This document shows positions 36,301-47,500 of a DNA stretch of 64,000 nt, piece after piece. Position numbers and translations under genes: made by a program. Position 1 is the stretch's first letter. Each line of letters begins with the position of its first letter. The stretch spans positions 18,046,066-18,110,065 of the forward strand of contig CM119268.1 of the NCBI GenBank assembly GCA_051294375.1, written 5' to 3'. The notes beneath the pieces were generated by a model. That model had not been told where the DNA came from and ran no database searches. It worked only from the letters and a program-made list of their open reading frames with translations. The stretch is from Paraspadella gotoi (Eukaryota; Animalia; Chaetognatha).

Positions 36301-37516
36301 TAACTTTTTTGTTATGTAAACATTTGTTTTCATCGCCAGAAATCAAAACCCTTTCACCGTCCATAAATAAGAGTTGTCGCCTTCACTGTACCTTAAATCG
36401 GTTAAATTGATTCAATTAAGCATACTAAACAGTTTCAGGGAAATATTTTAGTGGCCGAGTTATAAGAGGCGAATTTATTTTTATCAATTTATGCCCAAGA
36501 AAGTTCCATTTCCGCTCGAGTCATAGAAATGTAGTCATACGCGTACGTAGTCAATGAATTTCCTCTTTCTTTCTTTTTTCTTTTTAGTCTTGATTTCTTG
36601 CTTTCATTTTCTTGTTTTATTTTCCTTGTTTCCTTGGGTTTTTTCTTTGTTTTCCTTGTTTTCTATCCTTATCTCTTTTAGTTTTCCTAAATCAATTTTA
36701 ATTTAATCAACGAAGCAGTAAATATCCGACTGGCGCGAACTGAACGAAACCTGTTTTGAGCCTTTTGATCGCGATAGAGACAGAGAGACAGAGAGAAAGA
36801 GAGAGACAGAGAGAGACGAATTCTTTTGCTGTTAATGAATGACGAAAAGGGACAAAATACAACAGACGTGATAAGGAAAGGTGATCTGATTAAAAAGAGG
36901 TTATCGTTTTTTTACCGTTTCCAAACTGTCAAACGCCGATGAAGGCTTGAACTCAAAGCCGAAACATGTCCGTTTTAATGTTAAATAAAAATCGTTGTAA
37001 AACTTCAAACTTTGCCAATCTCTAATACAATTCGAAACAATGAAAAACAAAGGATTATTACACTAGTTTCCATTAAAAAAAAACCCTTTATTTTTTGACT
37101 CGTTTAAATTTTTCAGTATCGAAATTTTAACGACTTTTTCGCAGCACTAAGAATTTTTGTCCAAAAATGCCGAACTACCGCCTTCACTACTTCAAAACCG
37201 CGGGAAGAGCAGAAGTCGCTCGGTTGGTCTTCCACGCCGCGGGTCAGGAGTACGAGGAGGTCTACTACGGGTGAGTTCCCGATCGTCAAACGAGGAAACG
37301 TGACGTAAATATGAAACAAATTCATGCATTTGCCCTCTCCTTTACTCTCAGAGAAGGGACTGACCGAAAGTGGGACAACGACGCCAAAAAGGTGATGCCG
37401 TTGGGTCAGATGCCTGTCCTGGAGGTCGATGGTCAACTCTTCTGTCAAAGCGGAAGCATCGCCAGATATTTGGCCTCCAAATTTGGATTTATGGGAAAGA
37501 ACGCGGAGGAGGTAGA

Positions 37517-37585
<69 letters not shown>

Positions 37586-40500
37586 CAGAGACAGACAAAC
37601 AGACACTGATACTAGTGAAAGAAGGGAAGAAGTTTCAAGAGTAACAAAGCTGTTCATTTTTTTCCAGGCGATTTTCGTTGACATGGTTCACGAGACTTTG
37701 TATAATGACCTCGGGTCAAAACTCGTCGGTCTTTATTACGAGAAAGACGAAGAGAAAAAAAAGGAGATTCGAGAGAAACTCACAAAGGTATTTGAAACCA
37801 TTAATTTAACATTTAATAAATATTAAAAAGAAACCAATAGTCTAGTTAAAGCATTCATTATTTTCTTTTAAATATCTAGGAATTCGATGATGTCCTAACG
37901 AAAATGTCAGGATGGGTGAAGGGAGATTTTTTCCTCGGAGATCAAATGTCGTTGGCAGATATCGCGATGGCAGCCTCAAGGTAGAAAAAAAAATAATTGA
38001 TAATAAAAATTTATATAAATTAAAAATATAAAATTTCACTCTTCCCCTCGTCAGTCAAGTTAAAAACCTCCTTCCTGACATATCGATGCCGTCGAACTTG
38101 TTGAAGATCGTGGAGAAAGTGGAAGCCCAGGAAGGGATTGCCAAGTATCGTCAGTCGCAGTCCTCGCCATGAAGGAGACTGGCGACGAGAGACTGGCGTC
38201 GGTGCCATAGTCTAAAGCGGCGTCTTCAGCTTCGTTAACGTCTCCATTTTAAACTCTGATTATTGCGTTATTTTAAAGAAATAGATTTTGCTACACCGGT
38301 TTCAATAAATGAATTCGTTAAAATACAAGAAACAAGATAAACAAATTTACATGTATTTAATTGTAAAATTAATGAATTAAATCGATATCAATCATCTGAA
38401 TTTGATTTATTTTCACAAAATTAGATTACGTAAGAATAGTAAATTGAAGTAAAGTTTTTGAATAAATTACAATTATATTAATATAATTTAAAGTAAATAA
38501 ATCATAACCCTATTGCTTCATTCACTATCCGCTCGAAACGCGTTTTTTTATCTCCATGGAAACGATTGATCAACAATACAAAACATCGTCGAAAAAAATC
38601 GTTGAAAAACTTTTTTCTTTTTGCATTTTAATCTTTTTTTCTTTTTTTCCACGATTTTTATTTCATTCTTTTTTGCGAAATGAAGAGCATTGCGTTCATC
38701 GTCTTTGTGGTCGTCATTGTAGTCGGCGAGGCTTCCATCGCTAGGAAGGTAAAAAAAATAGGAAAAGACTGAAGGGATCTTTTGAAGGGTGATTTCACAG
38801 CATGACACAATTTAATTGTAATCTAACTACGTTTGTTTCGCAGACTCGTCGTGCGGATTGCGGTGGTAGTTGCCAGACGCCCTTCGATTGCAAGTATCCC
38901 TGTCCGTATTGTTCAGCACTAGGACTCTGCGAGGAGCAGCAATGCTTCCTGCCGTGCAATTCCCAAGAAGATTGCTCGAAGTCCACCTTCTGCAATATTT
39001 GCAAAGATGGTTTCTGCAGGCATTTGCATTTATCTTCGCATTCTATACAGCACCGCAGAATGTCCACCGGCTGCGGCGATTCCTGCTCTTCGGATTCCGA
39101 CTGTACTTTCATCTGTCGCTCCTGCAGAAACGGCGTCTGCGCCGGCGGTATTCCTCCGCTGCAGTAGAACAGGAGAGAGCTGCAGCGATGTTTTTTTTAC
39201 AATTTTTACAATCTCGGATGAAAAGAATAATGATTTTTATTTTCTTACTTGAAGTAATTGTTTTTTGAAATAAAAAAAAAAAACATTTTTCTCGAGCTGA
39301 AAAAAAAAAAACACGTTTATTATTTTTAAATTTTTCTCCTTTAAGTTTAAGCTACTAGGCCTTTCTTTGTTTGACATGCATAGTTGGATAGTTGTAAATA
39401 TAAAGAAATGAACGCTCAAGTTCGAAACGGAGATAATAGCAATAATTGAGAAAAAAAAAAAACAACAACAAAAAAACCAAAAAATTAAAAAAACAATGTG
39501 TATCAATGTAATGAAAAAGTCAAAAGTGTTTGAATAAGGAAAGATTACGGAATATCATCAGTCTGCTGATTAGCTCGTTTCGGTTTATTAGAAATGATTC
39601 AATATCACCACCGAGTTTTACGTAAATAAATGAGAACAGATGCAGTAAACGCCGCATTCACTATTGTGTATTAATTCATTTTAAATACGTAATATGTAAC
39701 GGATTGAGGGAGAGAGGGAGTTAAATGGAGATAAATGGAGGAGAGCGGGATCCAATCCGTGATGCGATTCTCCGCGAATCGCATTCTCCGCCAACTGCGA
39801 AGTTCGGAGAACTAGCAAAAGAGCGAGAGGGAGAGAGACAGAGAAATAGAGGGACGAGAAGATATATAAGTCAAGGAGGAAAAGGAGAGAGAGAAAAAGT
39901 GAGAAAGAGAAACGGTACCACCACGCAACTTATCGTAAAAATATTTAACTGTTCACCTACTTGTAATAAAAGAAATAAAATCAAAAAACCTCCAACGAAT
40001 TTTCTTCTAAAAACTACAAAGTCGAGATTGAATCCTCCGAGCGAGCGAGTTGTTTGTAGCGTCATATGCTACAAATAATACTGATCTTTCCCTCCGTCAG
40101 CGTGATTTCAAAATAAGAGATCTCGTACCTATAAAACTTTTCCTCCGCCAAATTCTCGAATTTTGAAATTCATCCTCGTATCCCTCAAAGGCATCCGTTC
40201 TCCCATCTCCTACTCCTACGACTACGTACAATGGGAGCCGGGCGTGACGGGCGATCGGGGGGCCTTCCAGACCCCACCGGGCATATTTTGTCCGAACAGG
40301 ATGAACACGAAGCCGATGCCGACGTTGCCCGACCAGTTCGTCGTCACGATCGAGGAGGTGAAGGCCGACAGGATGATCAAGGTGAGTCAGTGAGGTGGAA
40401 CTTGGGGCTCTATTTTCCCAAAGAGATACATTTCTGCTCTTGATCCTCGAACTTAATTTTAAGCAAAATGTCTAAACATGATCTCTTCTTGTCGTTCACG

Positions 40501-43500
40501 AAGGAATGCCCTTCGACAAATAAGTTCATGACATATCCTTGTCGAGACACTTTGTTCATTTTTTTTTATTAAACTATTGATTTATATAACGAATTATAAA
40601 ATATTTTCTTTGAGTTATTTCATTCTTATTGTTCATGGGTCAATTTTAGTTTATATTTTTTGTGCTTGATAAAAAGTTAAGCAGTGACTCGGTTGGTCTT
40701 TCAATGTAAAATTTCTTTATTTTTTCCCCCGAAATCTGAACAAATTTTGGGTGCTATAATATGCAAATTATAATTAGGTCCGAGTGTTTTTGATCGCCTT
40801 TTTCGTCTCTCAACGTCAATTTTTAACAAATTCACTTACCCTTTCACACCTCCACCTCTAAACCACCTCTACCACTAAACCCTCTCCACCCTCCACCCTC
40901 GCAGCGCGCCACCCGATTCTGGTACGACAAGAACCGCCTCCTCGCCCGCTACGATCACCTTCCAACTCTGGCCTTCGACGACGAGGATCAAGTGACTGAT
41001 TTTGAGAATCGACCCTTGAGGGAAATTCACGACTTTCACACGGGACTCGCTTACGTCATCGATAGGGAAAGAGGTTGTTCAATTTAAGGGGAGAAGAGGT
41101 TTTGGGGATAAGATGGAATTGAGAAAGGTTGATGAGATAAGAGAAACCTTAGTTTCTAAGAAAGAGTACATTATCAATTTTGTTAAATTATTGATAAAGT
41201 ATGTGGCTCGGCCATCAAAAGTTGTGGTTTCTGGTTATCATCGATTTTAAAAACTTTTTTAATTTAGTTTTTTTAAAAAGAATTATACTATAGTTTGAAA
41301 CAGCTTTAAAATTTCAAGTCTTGTAAAACTAAAAAAAAATTGTTGCAATTTATTACTGGCAAACCACCGATTCTCAGCTCAGCGAGAATGAATCGTCATT
41401 TAATTCTTTCTCGTCTTTTTTCTTTCCTGTTAGGAAATTGCTCACTCAGAGGATTAGAGAATTCCATTGACGTCCGACCGCCGATTCCTGGAAACGACGA
41501 TCCCATTCCAGGTCGAAAAGACTAATTTAATCCAATTTTGGCAACAGCCGGGCTGCCTGTGATGCCCATTGGGATAGGGCATCTCACAGTTGGCTTTGGG
41601 GGCTTCCGACCCTCAGTGACGCCTCCAGTCGCTGTCACTGTCCTAGGACGGTCTCGCTTTGCCAATGCAGAGGGAGGTCGTTAGGACTGTGGAAGGAACA
41701 CAACGCCTGGGATGGTGTGTTCCCCTTCTGAATCAATGGGTTTGGATGAACGATGATGGACCTGAGGGAGTGTTAATATACCGCCACACAATAATAGATT
41801 TAATTGATTTAATAGACGCAATAGTTTAATCTTTTTCACATCGATTGTCAAAATCTCTCCCCCCCCCTAGAAATGAAAAATCCGATGGAAATTTTTCACT
41901 ACGAAAACTCGAAATTCTATTACGTGGGAAAAAGAATTTTGAGAGACATGGAAGTCGACGTTTGGATGGGTAAATCAATAAATAATAACCAATCAACGAT
42001 ATTAACCACTGCTTTATTTTTAATCAACCGATGAATCCTCAACAAGGTCAGCCAATCGAAAATTCGGATCCCGACGGTCCGCCGCTTCCACCGGACGTCA
42101 TGAAGCAAACTTACGAATGGAGCTTTTTGAGCGACGACTGGCGAGAAGTTGACGGTTCATTCATTTTATCTCCATTCATTTATTAATTCATTCACTCATT
42201 AATCTATATATCAAATCGTCTCACCATTTCCCCTCCTACTTCCCCAACCCTCCAAAGGCACTGCCCTCTCCACCCACGTCCCCGTCCAGATGCGAATCTT
42301 TTCCGAGAAATACGGAGCCCTTCCAGTTTCGACGATCAACTTCGTCGACTTCGACGGACGACAGATGAGCGTCCTCGAGTTCGACATCAAAAGTTGCTTC
42401 AGGTCTTTTCTTCAGAAGAAGCACTTTCGCTTCTCCATCGCCGGTGAGGACTGAGGGGGGGGAAGGATTTGCTGGGATTTAGGAAGGATTTTGGCCTAAT
42501 GGAAGGATTTGCGTTTAAAAGAGTATATTGTTCGTATTTCTTCGTACAACGAAAACGACAACAATACGAACAGTCAGATGCTCACGCGCAATCACAATAG
42601 GTTTATCAAAATTAGATTATTTATATACATAATACGTATATATATATCTTCCCTTCACCCTCCCTCATCCCTCAACTTCTTTATCCAGTCGGCGACGGTT
42701 ACATCCTTCGCGACGTCGACGACAACATCCGGATCTTCGAGGCGGCGCTGATCGAGTCGCTCGGCGTCGTCACCGACGTACGTCCGATGCGCATCTCCAA
42801 CATCTTCGTCGACGACGACGACGACTTCATCTACGTCATGTTCGACTTCACGGAGGCGCCGCTGCCCTCCACCGGGGGTAAGGAAAAAGTGGGGAGGGGC
42901 ATCGAGATGCGGCTGAGGTAGGTGATTGCGCGGGAGGGTCTGGTCGGGTGAGTTTAGTAGCTTTCGCGTCAAAATGATTGAGTGTGAAAGAAGATCAATA
43001 TATCAATATATGACAATATCATATTGATTGTACCAATTTCATGTTTATTTTTATCTTTTAAGACTTTATTTGAAACTGCCCATGAAAATTTAAAAAAATA
43101 ACTCAATGAATTGAATGCCATTCCAAATCACAAATCATTCTCTTTCATTCTTTTCTCCGCGTCTTAATCTCATCAGGCATCGGCGAACCCACCTACCCGG
43201 ACATTCCCCTCAAGGAGGCGACGGCCCGTTTGGAGAAGTCCGTCGCCGAAGGAACCTTCAACATCAAATTCGACGCCGACGGAAAATCGGTCTTCGTCCA
43301 GGCCGTGCCCGGCAGTCTCGTGGAGACCTTTCGACCCGGCTCAGAGGTAGGGATGTCTTATGTCTTTATTTTAATATTTTATTTTTATCACTTTTATTTA
43401 ACTTTTTTTTAAAAAAGAAGCCGACCGTTAGTCCCGTTGGAACGACCACGCCGCGGCCTATGACGCCGGACGCGGTAACCACGACAGCAATGAAAAAGAC

Positions 43501-43771
43501 AACGGCGGCGCCTGTGGGCAAAGAACCAACCGGCAGCAATCTCACTGTCGGTGCTTTGATCGCTATTGTCGTCGTCCTTCCCATGATCGTCGCAGGTGAA
43601 AACATTGTAACTTTAAACCTTACACAAAAAACATTAGCCTTTTAAAGATTATGTAATAAACTGACTATCTTTATCTCTTTCTCGCTACACTAATATTTGT
43701 TTATTTTATTAGGTTTAACGGTCGCCCTGATCTTTGTAATCATCCGCAAATATTCTACTTGGCCTACATAA
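32112..43771 (+). CDS. Type I membrane protein with signal peptide, two LolA/ependymin-like repeats, a juxtamembrane SEA-like domain, Thr-rich stalk, TM helix and short tail (~666 aa); host gene of three nested genes
   Basis: 13 phase-consistent exons: 32112-32295, 32994-33168, 33453-33670, 40191-40381, 40905-41073, 41434-41511, 41871-41969, 42047-42154, 42258-42443, 42689-42877, 43177-43346, 43421-43595, 43713-43771. Internal repeat: PVLPEQFHAVVE..EWYDE..LLDFNT..VRSIPCHIW..VPV versus PTLPDQFVVTIE..FWYDK..IHDFHTG..LRDMEVDVW..VPV. TM segment GALIAIVVVLPMIVAGLTVALIFVII-RK. Domain names are from motif recall. Confidence 0.85.
33232..33331. repeat. (TTTC)n microsatellite
   Basis: Pure tetranucleotide run in an intron. 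Confidence 0.95.
33650..33785 (+). repeat. 46-bp tandem repeat (3 copies) spanning the exon 3 splice donor
   Basis: AAGGTCGGGGAAATTGGTAAGTGGAGTGGAGCTGGG... repeated, with GTAAGT at 33671, 33717 and 33763. Confidence 0.9.
35211..36071 (-). CDS. Secreted toxin-like prepropeptide with two ShKT domains (112 aa), nested gene
   Basis: Exons 36071-35966, 35622-35506 and 35326-35211 give MKLVTLSAILLLTIFTAEG-LELFHLADILRSSKR-EASECVDAKPEECALAGTDKCEQPFYEVGMKINCKKTCNFC-DCADAMGMSCPYLMERRPNSCGMPDIARMCEKTCGVC*. Two C.D...C...C...C.KTC..C ShK motifs; AATAAA downstream at ~35130-35135 (minus strand). Confidence 0.9.
36931..36975 (+). ncRNA. Minimal type I hammerhead ribozyme motif (core variant CCGATGA), same family as the 25207 copy
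   Basis: AAACG-CCGATGA-A-GGCTT(gaactca)AAGCC-GAAA-CATGTC-CGTTT: 5-bp stems I and II. It shares flanks AACTGTCAAA...AATAAAA(A)TCGTTGTAA...TTCAAA with the 25196-25283 copy. Confidence 0.65.
37167..38172 (+). CDS. Glutathione S-transferase, sigma class-like (200 aa), nested gene
   Basis: Exons 37167-37270, 37352-37511, 37668-37787, 37880-37980 and 38055-38172: MPNYRLHYFKTAGRAEVARLVF...MPLGQMPVLEVDGQLFCQSGSIARYLASKFGFMGK...FFLGDQMSLADI... Catalytic Tyr8 and the QS motif are present; AATAAA at ~38305. Confidence 0.95.
38680..39167 (+). CDS. Secreted polyprotein with three 6-Cys knottin-like repeats (carboxypeptidase-inhibitor-like spacing), 130 aa, nested gene
   Basis: Exons 38680-38748 and 38844-39167: MKSIAFIVFVVVIVVGEA-SIARKTRR-ADCGGSCQTPFDCKYPCPYCSALGLC-EEQQ-CFLPCNSQEDCSKSTFCNICKDGFC-RHLHLSSHSIQHRR-MSTGCGDSCSSDSDCTFICRSCRNGVCAGGIPPLQ*. 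Confidence 0.88.
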
Positions 43772-44555
43772 TCGCCGACATTATTAAACGAGCAAGACTT
43801 TTACTTTTAATAATTTCATTTTTTATTCTGCGAATTTTTCGTGTTCTGGAAAACCAATATTCAGTTTTAATTTTAATCAAAGATAGGTTTGAATTGTTTT
43901 ATTATCGTATTGGGCGAATTTCAATTATGTCCTTATATTCTGACTCCACCCAACAATAGCGAAAAAGACACTCGGCGATCAAAGCACATTGTTTATTTTT
44001 TAAAAATTAACATGCTAAGCGATTGAATCAGCAGGACAATAATAATGCTTTTAAAAAATATTTCTATCTCTATCTTAATTTTTGAAGAAGAAAAAAAAAG
44101 AATATTTAATGGGCCGTTGTCGTATCATACAATTATCACAGTCGTCTCAGACCGGCTTACTGAATTGTCTCTAGACTCGAATCGGTCTAAGCGTACAAAT
44201 AATGGCACGTGTAAAGCGAATAACTTCAGTTATTAAAAATCTATCAAAAAATTATTATGATTTCGAAAAATAAATATTACTGATTCGATTACCGAAGCGG
44301 CGGAACAATCTCTCTCGTATTCGCGAGTATTGTTTGCATTTGAAAAAAAAAATAAAAAAGAAGCGAGAAACGAGACAAGAAAAGTTGAAGAAAAAATGTA
44401 GATTCTATCAAAAATATTCATCTGTCCCTCAGTCAGGCAGTTTTTTTTTCTCAGTTCGTCTGTCGACGCCCCCTCGTCCACAACTCCTCCCACACACCGC
44501 CCACACCTAAAAATCCACCGACAACGACCACAATTCCTCCGCCCACGACCCATGA

Positions 44556-47500
44556 TCATCTCGGCGCCAAAGCGATCCGCCCAGAGTAAATCCGGATGAG
44601 CTGCTTGAACTTGTTGTTCCGCTCGATGGAGGAAGAGACGCAGCCTTTGGCTCCGAAAAGAAGCTTCATCATGAACTCTGTGCGGAAAACCTCCGTCACT
44701 TCCTCCACAACCATGAAGGAGTTGTTGTGGGCGCCGGCCTTGGCCGCCAGTTTCGAGGCCTGGAGGGTTTTAAGAAAGGGGGCGGGAAGCGAGTTAAGTA
44801 TTAGACAATTGAGGGAAAAGAGTAAATCGTACATTTCAATCAAACGATTAATCCATCAATCCATTAATCCATCAATCAGTTAATCAGTCAGACGTTCAAT
44901 ATACCAAATATCAAGAATAAAGTAAGGATCAATCTATCAATCAGTCAGTAAATCAATCAATCAACCTCGTGCACGAGGAGGCGCGACGTTTCCAGCGTCG
45001 TCCAGAGAAGCCCGAGTCCCAAATCTGGAGAAGACTCCTCCCACTGATTTTGAACGAAAGCCGAGGCTGTGTCTCTTTCAAGCCTGAGAAAGAGAAGAGA
45101 CAGAGAGAGAGAGAGAGAGTGAGTGGGAGGGAAAATTAGATTTATTATTTGCCTCATTTTTTCTTTGCTAAAGCTGATTAAAGAAATTTGTTTTCTTTTT
45201 TAACAAACTGAAACCTAATTTTACAATTTCCCAATCAAATTAGATCCTCACCAAGTAATTAGTGGAACCAGGTAAGGAATACATGTATCCTCGTTGCCAA
45301 CGTTGTTTTCCCTTTTGTTCAACGAGTCGAGGTTCGGAAGGAGTCGACTCTCAAAAGCGAAGGCAGAAGTCGTGTGATGTCTCCTCAGCAAATCCCACAT
45401 TTCCGTGACTTGACGAATCTGAGAAAAAAGAGCAGCGTGGAAAATTAAGAAATGTTGTATCATACGAATATTTTCGTAGTCGAAAGCGTTTCTATGCCAT
45501 TTATAAAAACTATACAAGATACGTGAGAAATTAAAAAAAATGTATCAAAAAAGAAACATATTAGTAAAATTACAAAGTTAGCAACAGAAACTGCAAACCA
45601 AAAGGTCCACAACAATAACAACATCAGCACCAACCTCGTGCGACGCCAAGGCTTCCACGATGGCCGCGTATGAGTTGAGGTTCCCCAAATTCTCCCTCAA
45701 TTCTCTCGCGACTTCGATCCAAACGTTGAGCATCTTGGCGCGCTCTTCGTTGTCGCAACAGCCCTTCAACAGCATGATGGACACGAAGAATTGCAGGCAT
45801 GTGAATCTGGAAAACGAGGGGAGGTTATTTAATTTATAACAAATTAAATAAAAAAAATTAAGATTCATACAATTGTCTATTTATCGAAAAAAAATGTTTT
45901 CTCGCTACTCACAATCTTGGGAACAAAAAAATTTTGAATCCTAATGTTATAAAAATAAACGGAAGCATATGAATTAAATTAGAATTAATGAAGTTGGAAT
46001 TCTTAGTTTTTATTGATTCCTTTCCTCTTATTAACTAATGTTCGATTTCAAAAGAGAATAATGATCTCGAAAAGACTGATTATCTCGATCACTCGATCTC
46101 TTGAAGGCGGATCGAAATTTAAAAGTGAAGAAAATGATTACGACGCGGAAAATCCGTTTTTTTTTTCATTTGCGACAAAGAAAAGTTTTGGAGATAATCA
46201 AGGAATTAATCGCGAAAGAACAAAAGGGAAAAACGAAGGAAGAAAGAAAGAAAGAGCCGCCGAAAAAAAATGAAGAGATGAAAAGGATGACGACGATGAA
46301 AACGACGACAAAGCCGAAAAAGGCAAAAAGGATGTTCCGATATGCTGTTCCTATCAAGCCGAGACTGGAAAATTTAGGATCTTAGTTTTAAATCAAAACG
46401 ATGAATAAGAAATTAAAAAAAGTAGGAATCAAGGTTTGGAGATTCACAAAAGAAGCTCAGATTAAAACTCCACTTCATCGTTGGCGCCAAGGAAGGACAC
46501 CGAAAGAGGGATGGCGACGAAATTTGAGGCGGCGCCGAAAGAGGATCGAGGAACAAAGCGACAAAGTTGACGACGACGACAAAAGCAACGAGGATTACGA
46601 GACGATTAAAACTTCAATGAAATCGACAAAATATTTGATGCGGAAAAAAACAAAGAGATAGCAAATTCTTCCATTATCAGAGCTCCGCCTTTTTTTTCAT
46701 ATAAAAATTGTATTTTTTCCCTTAAATCATCATGAATATTCATAAAACGTTCTAATTTGCCAACCTCATTCGAAAACCCCATTTGCAAACCAGCCGTTGT
46801 AATTCTTTAGAAAACTCCTCTTAATCTGAACTCCTCTAATCCTTCCCAAAAAAGCCCTCACCTTTCTAACAAGTCTCTCCTCAAGGATCCCCCTTGCGGC
46901 AGCGTTATCAACTCCAGACCGGAAGTGACGCCCACCCCGAGGTCGCGCCCCCTGGTTAGGCGAAGGGCCTCGAGATCGGCGCGGGTGAGGTGGTCGGCGA
47001 GCAGCTTGGGTGATCGGTCAGTCGCCAGGAGGAGACGCTTCGTCCGCAGCATGACGTCCTCGTCGAGGAGGCGGACGTCGGCCGGCATGAAGGCGGAGGC
47101 GAAGGTGAGGGGGTTGAGGTGGGATGGGAGGTCGACTGGTTGGGGGAAGAAATGCTAGTTTAAACAAAATTGATGCTAATTATACGTACAAATACATGAA
47201 ACAAAATTTAGACCATATCAAGTGAAAATTCTTGATTCTTCTTATTTTTTATTTGATGCCATGGTTGTTCTTGGATACAGCTATTTTAGATACCGCGATA
47301 CAGTGCCGTTTGATACTGCGATACCGCAATCTTAATTACTGCGATACAGTGATACCGTATTTTTAGATGTGTTACAGCAAGAACCCAAGACCCCCATTTC
47401 ACCTTCCCTTAACCCACCCTGAGGAATCGTGATGACTCTGTCGTCCGGACAGAGGGACTCGTCGTAATCCGGCCGTGCGTATTCCTCCCCCTCCACGGCG

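Noticed and set aside
37113-37166. Acceptor-like AGs upstream of the GST ATG suggesting a host-GST fusion transcript
   Set aside because: Splicing host exon 3 (phase 1) to the CGCAG acceptor at 37144 is out of frame with the GST. It could reflect a 5' UTR intron or trans-splicing, which cannot be tested from sequence alone.
47285-47360. Short CGATAC-motif arrays (also ~59822-59866)
   Set aside because: They resemble transposon subterminal repeats, but no TIR or TSD could be delimited.
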